From Chiloscyllium plagiosum (lineage: Eukaryota), in contig NC_057753.1 of the NCBI RefSeq assembly GCF_004010195.1, forward strand, positions 13,319,979 to 13,383,978: a stretch of DNA of 64,000 bases, given 5' to 3'. The position numbers and the translations under genes were made by a program. Shown here in pieces: positions 24,780 to 37,300 of this stretch. Below the pieces are notes generated by a model. That model was not told the origin of the DNA and searched no databases. It saw only the letters and a program-made list of their open reading frames with translations. Positions within the stretch are counted from its first letter, which is position 1. Each line of letters begins with the position of its first letter.

Positions 24780-27700
24780 CATGTGATTGGTTAAACATTT
24801 ACTTGTTTTTTTATTATATTTTTTGGTTATTTGAAAAAGAGCAGTGAAGTATTAGAAATTATTTAGCACATAAATTTATGTAAAGTAATAAAATAATTAA
24901 CTAGGTAGAGATGGCTCGGCTGGTGATGTGCTGTAGCTGTATGATCTGGGAGCTGGCTGATCCCATTGTGAACGGCAGTGACCAGATTTGTAGCAAGTGT
25001 TGGTTGCTGGAGGAACTCTGGCTCAGAGTTGATGATCTGAAATCTGAGCTTCAAATATTGTGGCACATCCGGCAGATGGAGAATTACCTGGGTGCTTTGT
25101 TTCAGGAGGCAGTCACACCTGATCGATTAAGTGATTCAAATTGTTCATGGTCCGGGTGTGATTGCAAGTGAGGCAGGTAGGGAAATTCTGAGTCCAGGAA
25201 TGGAGGAGCCTCAACTTTTGACGTTATTCAACAGGTATGAGATACTTGCTTCCTGTGTGAATGAGGAAAAGGGCTGCGGGGTGGATGAGCCAGCTCACCA
25301 TGGCACTGAAGGCCCTTCCAGAGGGAGGCTCAAAAAGACAAGTGGTAGTTATAAGAAATTCTATAATTAGGGGGATAGATAGTATCCTTTGCAAGCTGGA
25401 TCGGTAGTCCCGCATAGTGTGTTGCCTGCCTGGTGCCAGGATGCAGGACATCTCTAACCGTCTTGAAAGGATATTGGAGTGGGATGGGGAGAACCCAGTT
25501 GTTGTGGTTCACAGTGGGACTAACAACATAGGCAAGGTTAGGATGGAGGACCTGTTTGGGGATTATCGAGCACTAGGAACAGAATTAAGGAATGGGTCCT
25601 CAAGGGTTATAATCTCCCGGTTACTGCCTGACCGACGTGCAAGTTGGCTTAGGGATAAGAAAATTAGAGAAGTAAACATGTGGCTAAGGGAGTGGTGTGG
25701 GAAAGAGGGGTTCCATTTCATGGAGGATTGGCATCAGTTTTGGAACCGGGGACATCTGTACCAATGGGATGGTCTCCGCCTGAACCAATCTGGGACTAGT
25801 ATTCCAGTGAGAAGGATAAAAAGAGTGGTCATGAGGATTTTAAACTGGTGAGTCAGGGGAAGGGAAAGTTAAAACAACAGGAATTATAGTGGTAGATTAA
25901 AGGTAAGCAGCAGGTTAGCATGTGTGCAGGAGGGTTTAAATATAAGGCAGACTATGAAAGCAGTAAAAGGAAGGATAACTCAGCAGGTATTATTAGATAT
26001 GTTGGAAATCATGAGGGTAAAAAAGCTAGCATAAAGGCACTTTACCGAAATGCTCACAGCATTTGTAACAAGGTTGATGAGCTAACAGCACAATTATCAT
26101 GAATTGAATATGATTTGGTAGCTATTACGGAGACATGGTTACAGATGGTCACAACTGGGAGTTAAATATCCAGGGGTATCAGATTATTCAGATGAGCGGA
26201 CAGGAAGGTAAGGGATGTGGTGTAGCTCTGATATTCAAGGACGACATGAGGGCTGAGCTGAGAAATGATACATGTTCTTTGGAGAATGTTATTGAATCCA
26301 TTTTGTTGGAAATTAGAAATTCTAAGAAGAAAATGTCACTGATAGGCATAGTCTATAGGCCACCACATAATAACATCACATTTGGGGGGGCAAGAAATGA
26401 AATATCTAATGCCTGTAAAAATGGTACGGTAATTATCATGGGGGATTTTAATCTACATGTCGATTGGTCGGTCAGGGTAGCGTTAAGGAGGAGTTCATTG
26501 AGTGCAACCGTGATTGTTTTCTTGAACAGTATGTAATGAAACCAATGAGGGAGCAAGCTGTCCTAGACCTGGTCCAGTGTAATGAGACAGGAACAATTAA
26601 AGACCTCGTATTTAGTGATCGTCTTGGAAGGAGCAATCACAGTATGGTTGAATTTAGATGGAGAGTGTGAACATAAAATCCAATCCCAGGATCCTGTGCT
26701 TAAAAATGGGAAACTACAATAGATTGAGGGCGAACTTGGCTAAAGTAGACCGGAAACAAAGATTTTATGATGGCACAGTTGACGAGCAGTGGAGGACTCC
26801 CAAAGCAATTTTTCAAATTGCTCAGCAAAAGTATATTCCAATGAAAAGAAAGGACTGTAATCTGCCATGCGTGTCTAAGGAAATAAGGGAGGCTATCAAA
26901 TTGGAAGAGAAGGCATACAAGGTTGTCAAAAACAACATGAAACCAGAACATTGGGAAAACTTTAAAGGTCAACAGAAAGCCACAAAAACAGCTATGAAGA
27001 AAAGTAAGATAGAACATGAGAAAAACTAGCACAGAATGTAAAGACAGATAGCAAATGTTTCTGCAAATATATAAACAAAAAAAGAATGGCTGAAGTAAAC
27101 GTTCGTCCTTTAGAGGATGAGAACAGGTACTAAGTTACAGGATATGATGAAATGACCGAGGCATGTAACAGGTATTTTGTATCGGTGTTCACAGTGGAGG
27201 ACACTAATAACATTGCCAGTAATTGACAAAGAGACGAAGGTAGGTGAGGACCTGGAAGCAATCATTATTACGGAAGAGGTAGTGTTGGGCAAGCTAATGG
27301 AGCTAAGGATAGACAAGTCTCCTGGCTCCTGATGGAATACATCCCAGGGTATTAAAAGAGATGGCGGGAGAAATAGCAAGTGGACTGGCAGTAATTTTCC
27401 ACTTTCCGAAAGGCCTTCAACAAGATGCCGCTCATGAGACTGCTGCATAAAATAAAGATGCATGATGTTAGGGGCAAAGTATTAGCATGGATAGAGGATT
27501 GGGTGACTAACAGGGAGCAAAGAGTGGGGATAAATGAGTGCTATTCTGGTTGGCAATCAGTGATGAGTGGTGTGCTTCAGGGATCAGTGTTGGGACCACA
27601 ATTATTCACAACTTATGTAGATAATTTGGAATTGGGGACCACGTGTAGTGTGTCAAAATTTGCAGATGACACTAAAAGGAGTGAAGTGTGCGGAGAACTG

Positions 27701-29290
27701 TAAAACTTTACAGGAGAACGTAGATACTTTGAGTGGGTCAGCAAAGTTCTGGAAGAATGGAATACGTTGTTAGTAAATGTGAAGTCACCTATTTCAGTTG
27801 GAGTAACAGGAAAAAGGATTATTACTTGAATGGTAAATAGTTGCAGTATGCTGCTATGCAGAGGGACCTGGGTATCCTTGAAGGTTGGTTTACGGGTAGA
27901 ACAAGTAATTAGGAAGGCAAATGGTATCTTGTCCTTCATTGCTAAAGGAATTGACTTTAAAAGCAGGGAGGTTAAATTGCAGCTGTACAGCGTGCTGGTG
28001 AAGCCACACATAGAGTACTGTGTGCAGTTTTGGTCTCCTAACTTGAGAGAGTATGTACTGGTACTGGAAGGAGTGCAGAGGAGGTTCAATAGGTTGATTC
28101 TGGAGTTGAGGGGGTTGGCTTATGAGGACAGACTGAGTAGGCTGGGATTATGTTCATTGGAATGCAGAAAAATGAGGGGGGGAATCTTATAAAGTTGTGA
28201 AGGGAATAGATAAGACAGAAGTAGGGAGCATGTTTCCACTGGCAGGTGAAACTAGGACAAGAGGGCGTGTGGTGGAGGAAAATGTAGAGAATCATCAGGA
28301 GACGAGGAGTAGGTCTTTTATTTGTAAACAAAAAACCGTGACACTGAGAAAGCAGATTCTCGAATGCCCACGAACCTCAGGGTCTGTGTTTTTTTATATC
28401 ATTGTTTCTGTTAGCTTATCAGCATGTCCAACTATATCAATCAAAGTACCTCACTCTAGCTACACAGTAAACCAGTGATGTTAGTTCCCATTATCTCTTC
28501 AGTTGTACATTCTACTTAATGTTATTCTAATGTCACGTTACATATTTTAGTGCTAACTTTTGCAGTAATGATCGTTCATTCTAGACCCTACTTAATATTT
28601 TTCTTAATGTCATGATTAGATATTTACTATCACCTCTGCTACAGTGATCTTCCATTCCAGACTAACCTGCCATCGTTAGATATTTAGCTATTCTATCTAT
28701 GACAATAATCTTCTGTCTCAAGCTGACGCTATTAACTATTAATTAGATAGTTAATGTCATGTCCCAAATATTTCTGGTCCCAATCTTGTCATAATGGCAC
28801 TTAACGTGGAGACTACCTCTCCTAACTGTTAGCTCATCTCGCCATAGTGACCTTTCAGCCTCAGCCTTGCTCTGCTAATTGGTGTTAGAGCATTCTAATA
28901 TTCTTACCCCATTCTGCCTTCCACAGACCACAGATTGCCAGTGGCCTTCATGCTTTAACCCTGCCCAAACTCTCATGCTCTTTATTTTCCATAGGCGTAT
29001 CTCCTCAAAATTAAGGGGAGCAGATTTAGGGCTGAATTGGGAAGAAACTTCTTTACTCGGGGTGGGGGGGGTTATAAATCCATGGAATTCCGTGCCCAGT
29101 GAAGTAGTTGACGCTATGTCAGTAAGCGTTTTTAAAGCTAAGGTAGATTTTTTTTTTAAAACAATAAAGGAATTGAAGGATATGGTGAGAGCATGGATGA
29201 GTCCATGAAAACATCAGCCATGATCTTAACGAATGTCGGAGTTGGCTTGAAGGGCCAGGCGGCCTCTTCCTGCTCCTAATTCTCGTGTTC
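24780..29290 (+). mobile_element. Near full-length degenerate CR1/HER1 LINE, interrupted by a solo LTR
   Basis: ORF1 zinc-knuckle-like start (CxxC..ICSKC) and SGNH esterase (VCCLPGAR, VVHSGTNN, DGLRLN). ORF2 endonuclease (GIVYRPP, IMGDFN) and RT (QGSVLGP, KFADDTK). Many stops and frameshifts, and an internal deletion. Confidence 0.92.
28268..28993 (-). mobile_element. Solo LTR (726 bp) inserted in CR1
   Basis: GGCG target-site duplication at 28264-28267 and 28994-28997. Termini TGTGG..CCATA. Minus-strand TATA at about 28395 and AATAAA at about 28320. CR1 resumes in register after the insert. Confidence 0.7.
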
Positions 29291-29310
29291 TTCTGTGAAC
29301 TCCCAGGTGT

Positions 29311-29836
29311 CTCAGCAGGCTGAAAGTCGGAGAGAATTCTTTCCACACACACACACACAGCGTTGTTCATCCAAGTGGATTAGATTAGATTACAGTGTGG
29401 AAACAGGCCCTTCGGGCCAACAAGTCCACACCGACCCGCCGAAGCGCAACCCACCCATACCCTCAGCAGGCTGAAAGTCGGAGAGAATTCTTTCCACACA
29501 CACACACAGCATTGTTCATCCAAGTGGATTAGATTAGATTACAGTGTGGAAACAGGCCCTTCGGCCCAACAAGTCCACACCGACCCGCCGAAGCGCAACC
29601 CACCCATACCCCTACATTTACCCCTTACCTCACACTACAGGCAATTTAGTATGGCCAATTCACCTGACCCTGCACATCTTTGAATGGTGAGAGGAAACCG
29701 GAGCACCCGGAGGAAACCCACGCAGACACGGGGAGAACGTGCAAACTCCACACAGTCATTCGCCTGAGGCGGGAATTGAACCCGGGTCTCTGGTGCTGTG
29801 AGGCAGCAGTGCTAACCAATGTGCCACCGTGCCGCC
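29311..29836 (-). mobile_element. HE1-like V-SINE with a tandem duplication (about 150 bp) of its 3' junction and an adjacent zinc-finger relic
   Basis: 29311-29461 is repeated at 29462-29610. The SINE head is at about 29835. Confidence 0.85.
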
Positions 29837-30539
29837 CAGTGATTAGTGTGTGTTTGGAAGGAACTGTCAGATGAAGTAGTGGAATCTGGTGCAATGCCAA
29901 CCTTTAAAAGGCATCTGAAATGATTGATTCATCGGAAAGTTTTAGAAGGATGAGGGTCAAATGTTGGCAATTGGGATAAGATTAATTTCGGATATCCTGT
30001 TCGCATGAACGAGTTGGAGCGAAGGGTCTTTTTCTGTGCTGTACATCTCCATGATTCTTTCTGTCTCCCTTGGTGGTATCTCACTGTGAACTGCTCCTGT
30101 TTTAGGTACAGATTTGGGATTGTGGCCAGGCCATTGAAAACTGGATTGCTCCCAGTTCAAACCAGTGTTACCCAAACAGATCCCTGAAGGCAGTATGGAC
30201 ACAGAGACTTCACCTGATGAAGGAGCAGATCTCTGAAAGTATGTAATTTCAAATAAACCTGTTGGAATATAACCTGGTGTCATGTGACTTCTGACTTTGG
30301 ATATAGAGAGAGTGGGGGGGTGCTAACGAACCCCACTCCACGTTTGGCTGAGTAGGTGTCTGATCTGCAAGTGGAGTGGGGACATTATGGCCTAGTCAGG
30401 TCAAAATGATCAGGGGCCTGTCCTGTGGGTGAGAAAGGGGAACTGAGGCCTACTGTGGTCCTGGCTAAGCACAGGCCTGTCCTGAGGGTGAGAGAAGACA
30501 GGAATGCTCTTTGAGCCAAGGTTATTGCTCGAATCGCTG

Positions 30540-31265
30540 TATCTGTCTCTCTCTCTCTTGCTCTCTCTCTCTCTCCTCTTCCCGCGCCTCCGTTTGTCTC
30601 TCTCTCTCTATCTGTCTCTCTCTCTCACTATCTCTCTCTCTCTCTCTTGCTCTCTCTCTCTCCTCTTCCCGCGCCCCCGTTTGTCTCTCTCTCTCTCTAT
30701 CTGTCTCTCTCTCTCACTATCTCTCTCTCTCTCTCTTGCTCTCTCTCTCTCCTCTTCCCGCGCCCCCGTTTGTCTCTCTCTCTCTCTATCTGTCTCTCTC
30801 TCTCACTATCTCTCTCTCTCTCTCTTGCTCTCTCTCTCTCCTCTTCCCGCGCCCCCGTTTGTCTCTCTCTCTCTCTATCTGTCTCTCTCTCTCACTATCT
30901 CTCTCTCTCTCTCTTGCTCTCTCTCTCTCCTCTTCCCGCGCCCCCGTTTGTCTCTCTCTCTCTCTATCTGTCTCTCTCTCTCACTATCTCTCTCTCTCTC
31001 TCTCTCTCGCTCTCTCGCTCTCTCCTCTTCCCGCGCCCCCGTTTGTCTCTCTCTCTCTCTATCTGTCTCTCTCTCTCACTATCTCTCTCTCTCTCTCTCT
31101 CTCGCTCTCTCGCTCTCTCCTCTTCCCGCGCCCCCGTTTGTCTCTCTCTCTCTCTATCTGTCTCTCTCTCTCACTATCTCTCTCTCTCTCTCTTGCTCTC
31201 TCTCTCTCCTCTTCCCGCGCCCCCGTTTGTCTCTCTCTCTCTCTATCTGTCTCTCTTCTCTCTCT
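30540..31265. repeat. (CT)n-derived minisatellite, unit about 80 bp, about 8-9 copies
   Basis: Recurring core cctcttcccgcgcccccgtttg separated by CT tracts containing tatctg and cactat. Confidence 0.95.
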
Positions 31266-31629
31266 CTCTTTGTCTTGCACGCATGCACGCACACACACAC
31301 AATGTCAAGGCTTTAGTTCAGTTCATGGCTCATTGCCCATTGGAATGTTCCAGAACACAATGTTACAACCGATGATTAAGAGGGCTTGGAATGGACATTT
31401 GTGTAAATCTGTCTTCCAAGTTACTGGTGTGGGGGAGGGGAGTGCAACCATTTTGCTATCGCATAACTGGGAGGAGGAATTAACGCCATTTTGGGTGTTG
31501 CTTGGAGCCACTTAGCTCCTGCTCCCAATGCCTTGGTACCAATGTGCGTAAGAGAGGTGAACCACAGAGGAGAGATTGGGTATTGGAGTGGGGGGGGGGG
31601 GGGGTGAACTCTGCTGTAACAAGTCCTAA

Positions 31630-32420
31630 CTGAGATGCTGATCGTGGGTGTTGGAGGTCAGTCATCTGAGCTCCTGGATATCTCTGCAGGAGTTCATCAG
31701 AGTAGTGTCCTAGATTCAATCATCTTCAGTTGCTTTATCAACGATCTGCCCCTCAATTGTGGTGGGGGGGGGGGGTCAGGAATGGAGATGTTCGTCAATG
31801 ATTGTATAATATTTACTGCTCCTCAGATGCTGCAGCAGCAGTACGTGTCCAAATGCGGCAAGACGTGGATAATAATCAATGTCGGGCTGACAAGGGACAA
31901 GTAACATTCACTCCCACTCACACTCTCATTTTCTTCCCAGCAAGAGAATCAGCAGGTCATGTTGAACTCATTTATTGGAAGTCTTTGAGATCATTACAAG
32001 CACGGTGGATAACAGGGAACCGGTGAATGTGGTGTGGCTGGATTTCCAGAAGGCATTCGACAAGGTACCACACAAAAGGCTGCTACATGCGATAAAAGTG
32101 CACAGCATTATGGATAACATATTAGCATGGAGAGAAGATTGGTTAACTAACAGAAAGCAGAGAGTGGGGGTAAATGGTTCGCGTCAGTCACTTGTAGTAT
32201 GCTTCAGAGGTCAGTGTTGGGACCATAATAGTTTACGATTTACATAAATGATTTAGAGTTGGGGACCAGAGGTAACTTCTCAAAGTTGGCAGATGACACA
32301 GAAGCGAATGATATAGCAAAATGTGCAGAGGACACTGAAAGTCTGCAGAAGGATGTAGATTGGTTAAGTGAGTGGGCTGGGTCTGGCAGATGGAGTACAA
32401 CGTAGGTCATCTGTTTTGGT
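31630..32420 (+). mobile_element. CR1-type LINE RT fragments
   Basis: ISAGVHQSSVL..FSCFINDLP and LDFQKAFDKVPHKRLL..WLTNRKQRV. Confidence 0.8.
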
Positions 32421-32580
32421 CAGAGTGGCAGATGGCTGACTCCTGCTGCTATTATTCCTGCACTTCATTTGCTGCTTGGGAACTCTACCCGGACTCAATA
32501 TCGAATTCAACAGTTTCAGGGCATGAGGCTCCTTCTCTCATGTCCTTTACCTAACCCACTCGATGCCAGGACTTGTCATA

Positions 32581-32900
32581 GGGGTGGCACGGCGGCTCAG
32601 TGGTTAGCACTGCTGCCTCACAGCACCAGGGTCCCAGGTTCGATTCCAGCCTCGGGTGACTGTCTGTGTGGAGTTTGCACGTTTTCCCTGTGTCTGTGTG
32701 GGTTTCCTCCGGGTGCTCCGGTTTCCTGCCACAGTCACAAAGATGTGCAGGTCAGGTGAATTGGCCACACTAAATTGCCCATAGCATTAGGTGCATTAGT
32801 CAGGGGGAAATGGGTCTGGGTGGGTGACTGTTCGGAGGGTCGGTGTGGACTTGTTGGGACGAAGGGCCTGTTTCCACACTGTAGGGAATCTAATCTAATC
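32581..32900 (+). mobile_element. HE1-like V-SINE
   Basis: Full head, V-domain and tail. Confidence 0.9.
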
Positions 32901-33214
32901 ATATGGTCTGCAATTAGACACAACCCATTGTTCACCACTAATAGTCCTCATGAGCAGCTGTTGATTCTCTGAGACTATTCGTTATCCACCCCTTTGTCTA
33001 TCCAACTGTTCTTCTCTCCCTTTCAGGTCTATTCCCACCTATAATTTATTCCTTACCCCCTTCCCCGTACCCTACCTTCTGCAAAAAAAAAAGCTGTATC
33101 CCAAAACATAAACTCTGATTTCTGTACACAGATGCTGCCAGACCAGCTGAGCTTTTCCAGTAATGTCTGTTCTTGATTCTGATTAACAGCATCTGCAGTT
33201 CTTTCAGTTCTTAC

Positions 33215-33612
33215 CATCTCTCTCTCTCTGTCTTTCTGTGCATTTCTCCCTATCTGTCTCTCTCCCGTTCTGTCTCCTTTCTCTCACTTTTTTTTCCTTC
33301 TCCCTCACTGCTCTGTCTCTCACTCTGTCTCTCTTTCTCTATCTTTACCTCTCACTTGCTGTCTCCTTTCCTCTCTTTCTGTTTGTCTGCCTCTGTCTCC
33401 TTCCCTCTCTCTCTGTGTACTTCTCTCGCTCTCTGCTTCCCTCTCTTGCTACCTCTCCCTGTTCCTCCCCTTTCTATGTGTCTCCCTACCTCTCTCTCTC
33501 TCTGTTTTGCACTCTGTATGTCTCTCACTGTCTCTCGTTCTCCATCTTTACCTCTCTTTGTTGCTGTCTCCTTCAGTCTCTCTCTTGGCTCTTTCCTTCT
33601 CTCTCTATCTAT
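33215..33612. repeat. Degenerate CT-rich low-complexity tract
   Basis: Polypyrimidine (CT)n-like sequence. Confidence 0.85.
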
Positions 33613-33699
33613 CAAAGGAACAATATCACTCACTGTATTTCAATCCCAGCCTCATCCTCGAACTGTTCCCATGCCAAATCCATTCCCACTCCAATCATT

Positions 33700-34150
33700 T
33701 TGAGGTGAGGGTGTTTGAGGAGTTCTGCACTTTGGCAGGAAGAATAGAGAAACAGGATATTATTTCAAAGGTGACAGACTGTGAAGGTTGCCGGACAGGA
33801 CAACTTAGAGGAGTACATAAATCACAGAAACCTAGTGTGTAAGTTCAGTGGGGAATTGGGAATGCAAATGGTCTTTTGTTGCTGAGAAATGGAGTATAAA
33901 TGTAGGGAGAGATTTTGCTAGAAATGTGCAAGGTACGTGTCAGACCACGGCCAGCTTACTGCAAACAGTTTTTGGGGTCCTGTATCTGAAGAAACTGTTT
34001 TGGGGTGCTGTATCTGAGGAAGTAGAGACTGATGTCAGAAGCAATCTGGAGAAGGTTCACTCGCTGATCCCAGAGGTGTGGAGTTACTGTGTAATCTGTA
34101 GAGGTCAGGTCCGTACTCTTTGGAGTTTACAAGAATGAGGGGGGCACATG
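33700..34150 (+). mobile_element. Degenerate CR1 fragment overlapping the ENaC stop codon (antisense to ENaC)
   Basis: ..gcactttggcaggaagaatag.., ..ggagaaggttcact.. and ..tactctttggagtttacaagaatgagggggg match the CR1 copy at 27790-28185. Confidence 0.75.
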
Positions 34151-34339
34151 AAGAGTAGCATCCGACGGATGTGCGGACTCCTCGGCGGGAGATCCCAGGT
34201 TCGGAGAGCGGGCCCAGAGCAAGATGACAGCAAGGGTAATAAGGTCGAAGATAAGTTCCACCATCTCCAGGACAGACATGACAGAAGAGCCGAGCCAGAG
34301 ACTCCATTGGCTTCCCAAGTTGGCAAGCATGACCGCCAC
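34127..34339 (-). CDS. SCNN1A: ENaC coding exon 12 (TM2 and short C-terminal tail)
   Basis: [39 protein letters not shown]. Confidence 0.9.
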   Translation of the reverse strand: MAVMLANLGSQWSLWLGSSVMSVLEMVELIFDLITLAVILLWARSPNLGSPAEESAHPSDATLHVPPSFL

Positions 34340-37300
34340 CTACAGGGGTAGGAGGTAAGGGCAAGACCGGGATGTTAATTGTGACTCCCATCAAAGGGAA
34401 GCGCCCAATGCTTCCTCCATCTCTCCTTCTCATCAGCCCCATACTTCAGAACTCTCCCGCCTGTCCCTCACACCTCTAGGACTTGCGAAAGTGCAACTCA
34501 ATTACTTCGACATTCGCAGATTGGCATTTTAAGATTTCAATGTTTCATTAGACCCCTCGGTCACCTCTCGACGTACACTTCCCTGCCCGTCTGGGCAGAC
34601 CCCCTCCACTCGATGCCCCTATTTCCCGGGGAGAGAGCACAAGGTGATCCCCCGAAACGGATGGAGCAAGAGAAACTCACAGGCAGTGCTGGGGTCTCCC
34701 TCATCGATTTGTAGTTCAGCTCACGGAAAAAGAGATTCAGTTTGGCCAGTTCCTTCCTGCTCCGTAGGGAGAAAGGGACAGGGTGAATAGGTGGTGGGCT
34801 TGGAGAGAGGGCGACAGATGGAAAGACAGAGAGAGGCATTCAGATTGAAACAGACAGACAGACAGACAGTGAGAGATAGCCAGAGAGAAGAAGAGAGAGG
34901 GGGAGTTTCAACATTACTAACCTGTTGGAGGTGGCAGAACGGTGTTGATTCTGGAAGATAGGATTCATCCAGCTCTGCGGATTGGATAGAAAATGCAACA
35001 TTATCGATAGAGAGTGTGTGAACGAGACAGAGAGAGGGAGTATCTGTGAGAGAGTATGTGACAGAGTGAGTTTTGTGTGAGAGAGAGGGAGAGTGTGTGT
35101 GTTCACACGTGTGTGTGTGTGTGTATGCCCATGTGTGTCTGTGTGTGTGAGAGAGAGAGAGATAGAGAAAGACTGCATGTGGCTCCAAATACAGGTGGGT
35201 TTTTAGTTGATTTAATTTCATTAGACTTACCAATGAATTTTTTGATGGCCAGTTTGCATATCCAGCTGTCATTTGATATTCAGTTTGTCTGAAAATATCA
35301 CCAAGAATTAGATTAAATATAATCGCTCTGTACTGATTGTCCGACAGCACCTGCTCCCTCAGTGCTTACCCTCAAACAGTGCCCGCTTCCTCAGCACTGA
35401 CCCTCTGACAGTACCCGCTTCCACGGCACTGACCCTCCGACAATGCGGCACTCCCTCAGCACTGACCTTTTGACAGTGCCTGCCCTCTCCACATTCTGGT
35501 TGAGGCCTGGTTCCGAGTTTGCTTTTACACTCACTTGCATGGTTTCTGACAGATTTTGAAACAACCGAGGACATCGTCTGTGAATTCTTTTGCCAGCCGG
35601 TAATAGCAGTGCCCTGGTGGTGAGAGAGACAGAGAGAGGTGAGCAGGAAGTTCTTTGTTCTGGTCACCTTTGACCAATTCCTGCCTCATCCTGAGCACGG
35701 GCCCAAAACTGTAACCAAGTTCCCTCTAATCCTGAGCAACAGGTACAAAGTCTTGGCCAATTTCCTTCCCTGCACATCAACAGGCCCAAAGCTTTGGCCA
35801 GCTTCCCTTTCGTCCTTCACGACAGGCCTAAGACTATGGCTAAATCTCTTTAGCAATAGGCCCCAACCCTGGCTAGCTCCCATCCCGCCCTTAGCAACAG
35901 GCCCAAAGCCTTGGTAAGTTTCTCTCTCTCCTTAGCAAAAGACCCCAAACCCTCATCAACTCTTAACTCATTCTTAGCGACAAATCAAAAATCGTGGCTG
36001 TTTTCCACTTATCCTTCTACTTATGAATATTCTGACCAACCCCTATCGTATCCTTGTCAATGGCCCCAAACCATGACCAGTTACCCTCAACCCTTAGCCA
36101 CAGGCCTCGGGCCCTGACTAACTCCTGACCCATCCTTATCCTTAAGTCCTAAACCCTGTCCACATACTGTCTTATCCTTAGCAACAGGCCCAAATTCTAT
36201 GACCAAATCCAAGCTTACCCTTAGCTTGGGCCCAAAATCCTTTCAATTACCCTTTCTCCTTGGGAACAGGCTCCAAACCCTGTCCAAATCCCACCTTATC
36301 CTCAACAACAGGCCTCAAAATCCTGACCAAGACACATCTCCTCCTTAGCAACAGGTCATAACGGGCTGTAACTCGTTTTAGGATATGTGACTAACTGTGG
36401 ATGCAATACAGGCCTATCACAACAGGCCTCACTTACCCCAAGCGGTGTGTTTGTTGTAATTGCAGTACTCTGCTCCTGAGGGCAGCGGGTAGTAATAGTA
36501 GGCGCAGCCGCAGCGGGACACCATGGTGAGCTGGAAGCAGGAACGGACGCAAGTCTTTTGGAAGAGCAAGTGGGTGGAAAAGAGAGGAACAATCAGGGCC
36601 TTAGTGCAAAGGTTTGTTGAGAAAGGCTTGGACTGCGTTGTTGAGAGCAGCAACAGAAGGACCAGGAAACTGAGTAACAGGCCAGAGAACCTGAAGTCAG
36701 AAATTTGAAGCTTAGCAACTAGCCCAAGAGCCTGATGCCTAGGGATGCCATCTTCACCAATAGGCTCTGGAGGCTGAGGCCTAACAACATGAACCTCAGC
36801 AATCGGCCCGGGAGCCTGAGGCCTAGGAATGCAACCTTAGTAAGAGGCTGGGAACCCTGAGGCCAATGGAAGCCAGCATCAGCAAATGGCGCAGGAGCCT
36901 GAGGCCTAAGGAGGCCAATTTTTGCCATAGGCCCAGGAGATGAGGCTAAAGAACATGAACCTTCGCAATAGGCCCAGGAGTCTGCGGCTGAGCAATGCCA
37001 ACTTCTGAAAAAGGTGAGAAAGCCTCAGGCCTGGAGGCTTCGAGAAGGACTGAGCACATTATCATTAACCTGTTCCCCAACAATCACCAAATCTCCACAG
37101 ACCGAGATGAGGCAGCAACCCCATGGCTCAGTTACCTGCTGGGTGTAGTCAGATTTGTAGAGATTATGAACTTTCACGTCAGAACCATTCTCTGTACAGT
37201 CACTGTATGGCTGTCCAAGGCGAGATACCACCTCCTGAAACGGGGAGGAGAGAAATAGATCAGAACCAGGCTTGAACAGAGATAGAAAGAGAGAGAAGAT

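Noticed and set aside
25417-25851. SGNH-hydrolase-like ORF as a host gene
   Set aside because: It is CR1 ORF1, collinear with the downstream endonuclease and RT remnants.
30504-31515. Long Leu/Ser-rich ORFs in three frames
   Set aside because: They are translations of the CT minisatellite, which lacks stop codons.
31300-33700. A displaced ENaC tail exon carrying PPPxY
   Set aside because: I inspected part of the minus-strand non-repeat sequence by eye and found none. A six-frame PPxY search would be needed to exclude it.
33173-33842. Hydrophobic-looking ORFs
   Set aside because: CT low-complexity sequence.
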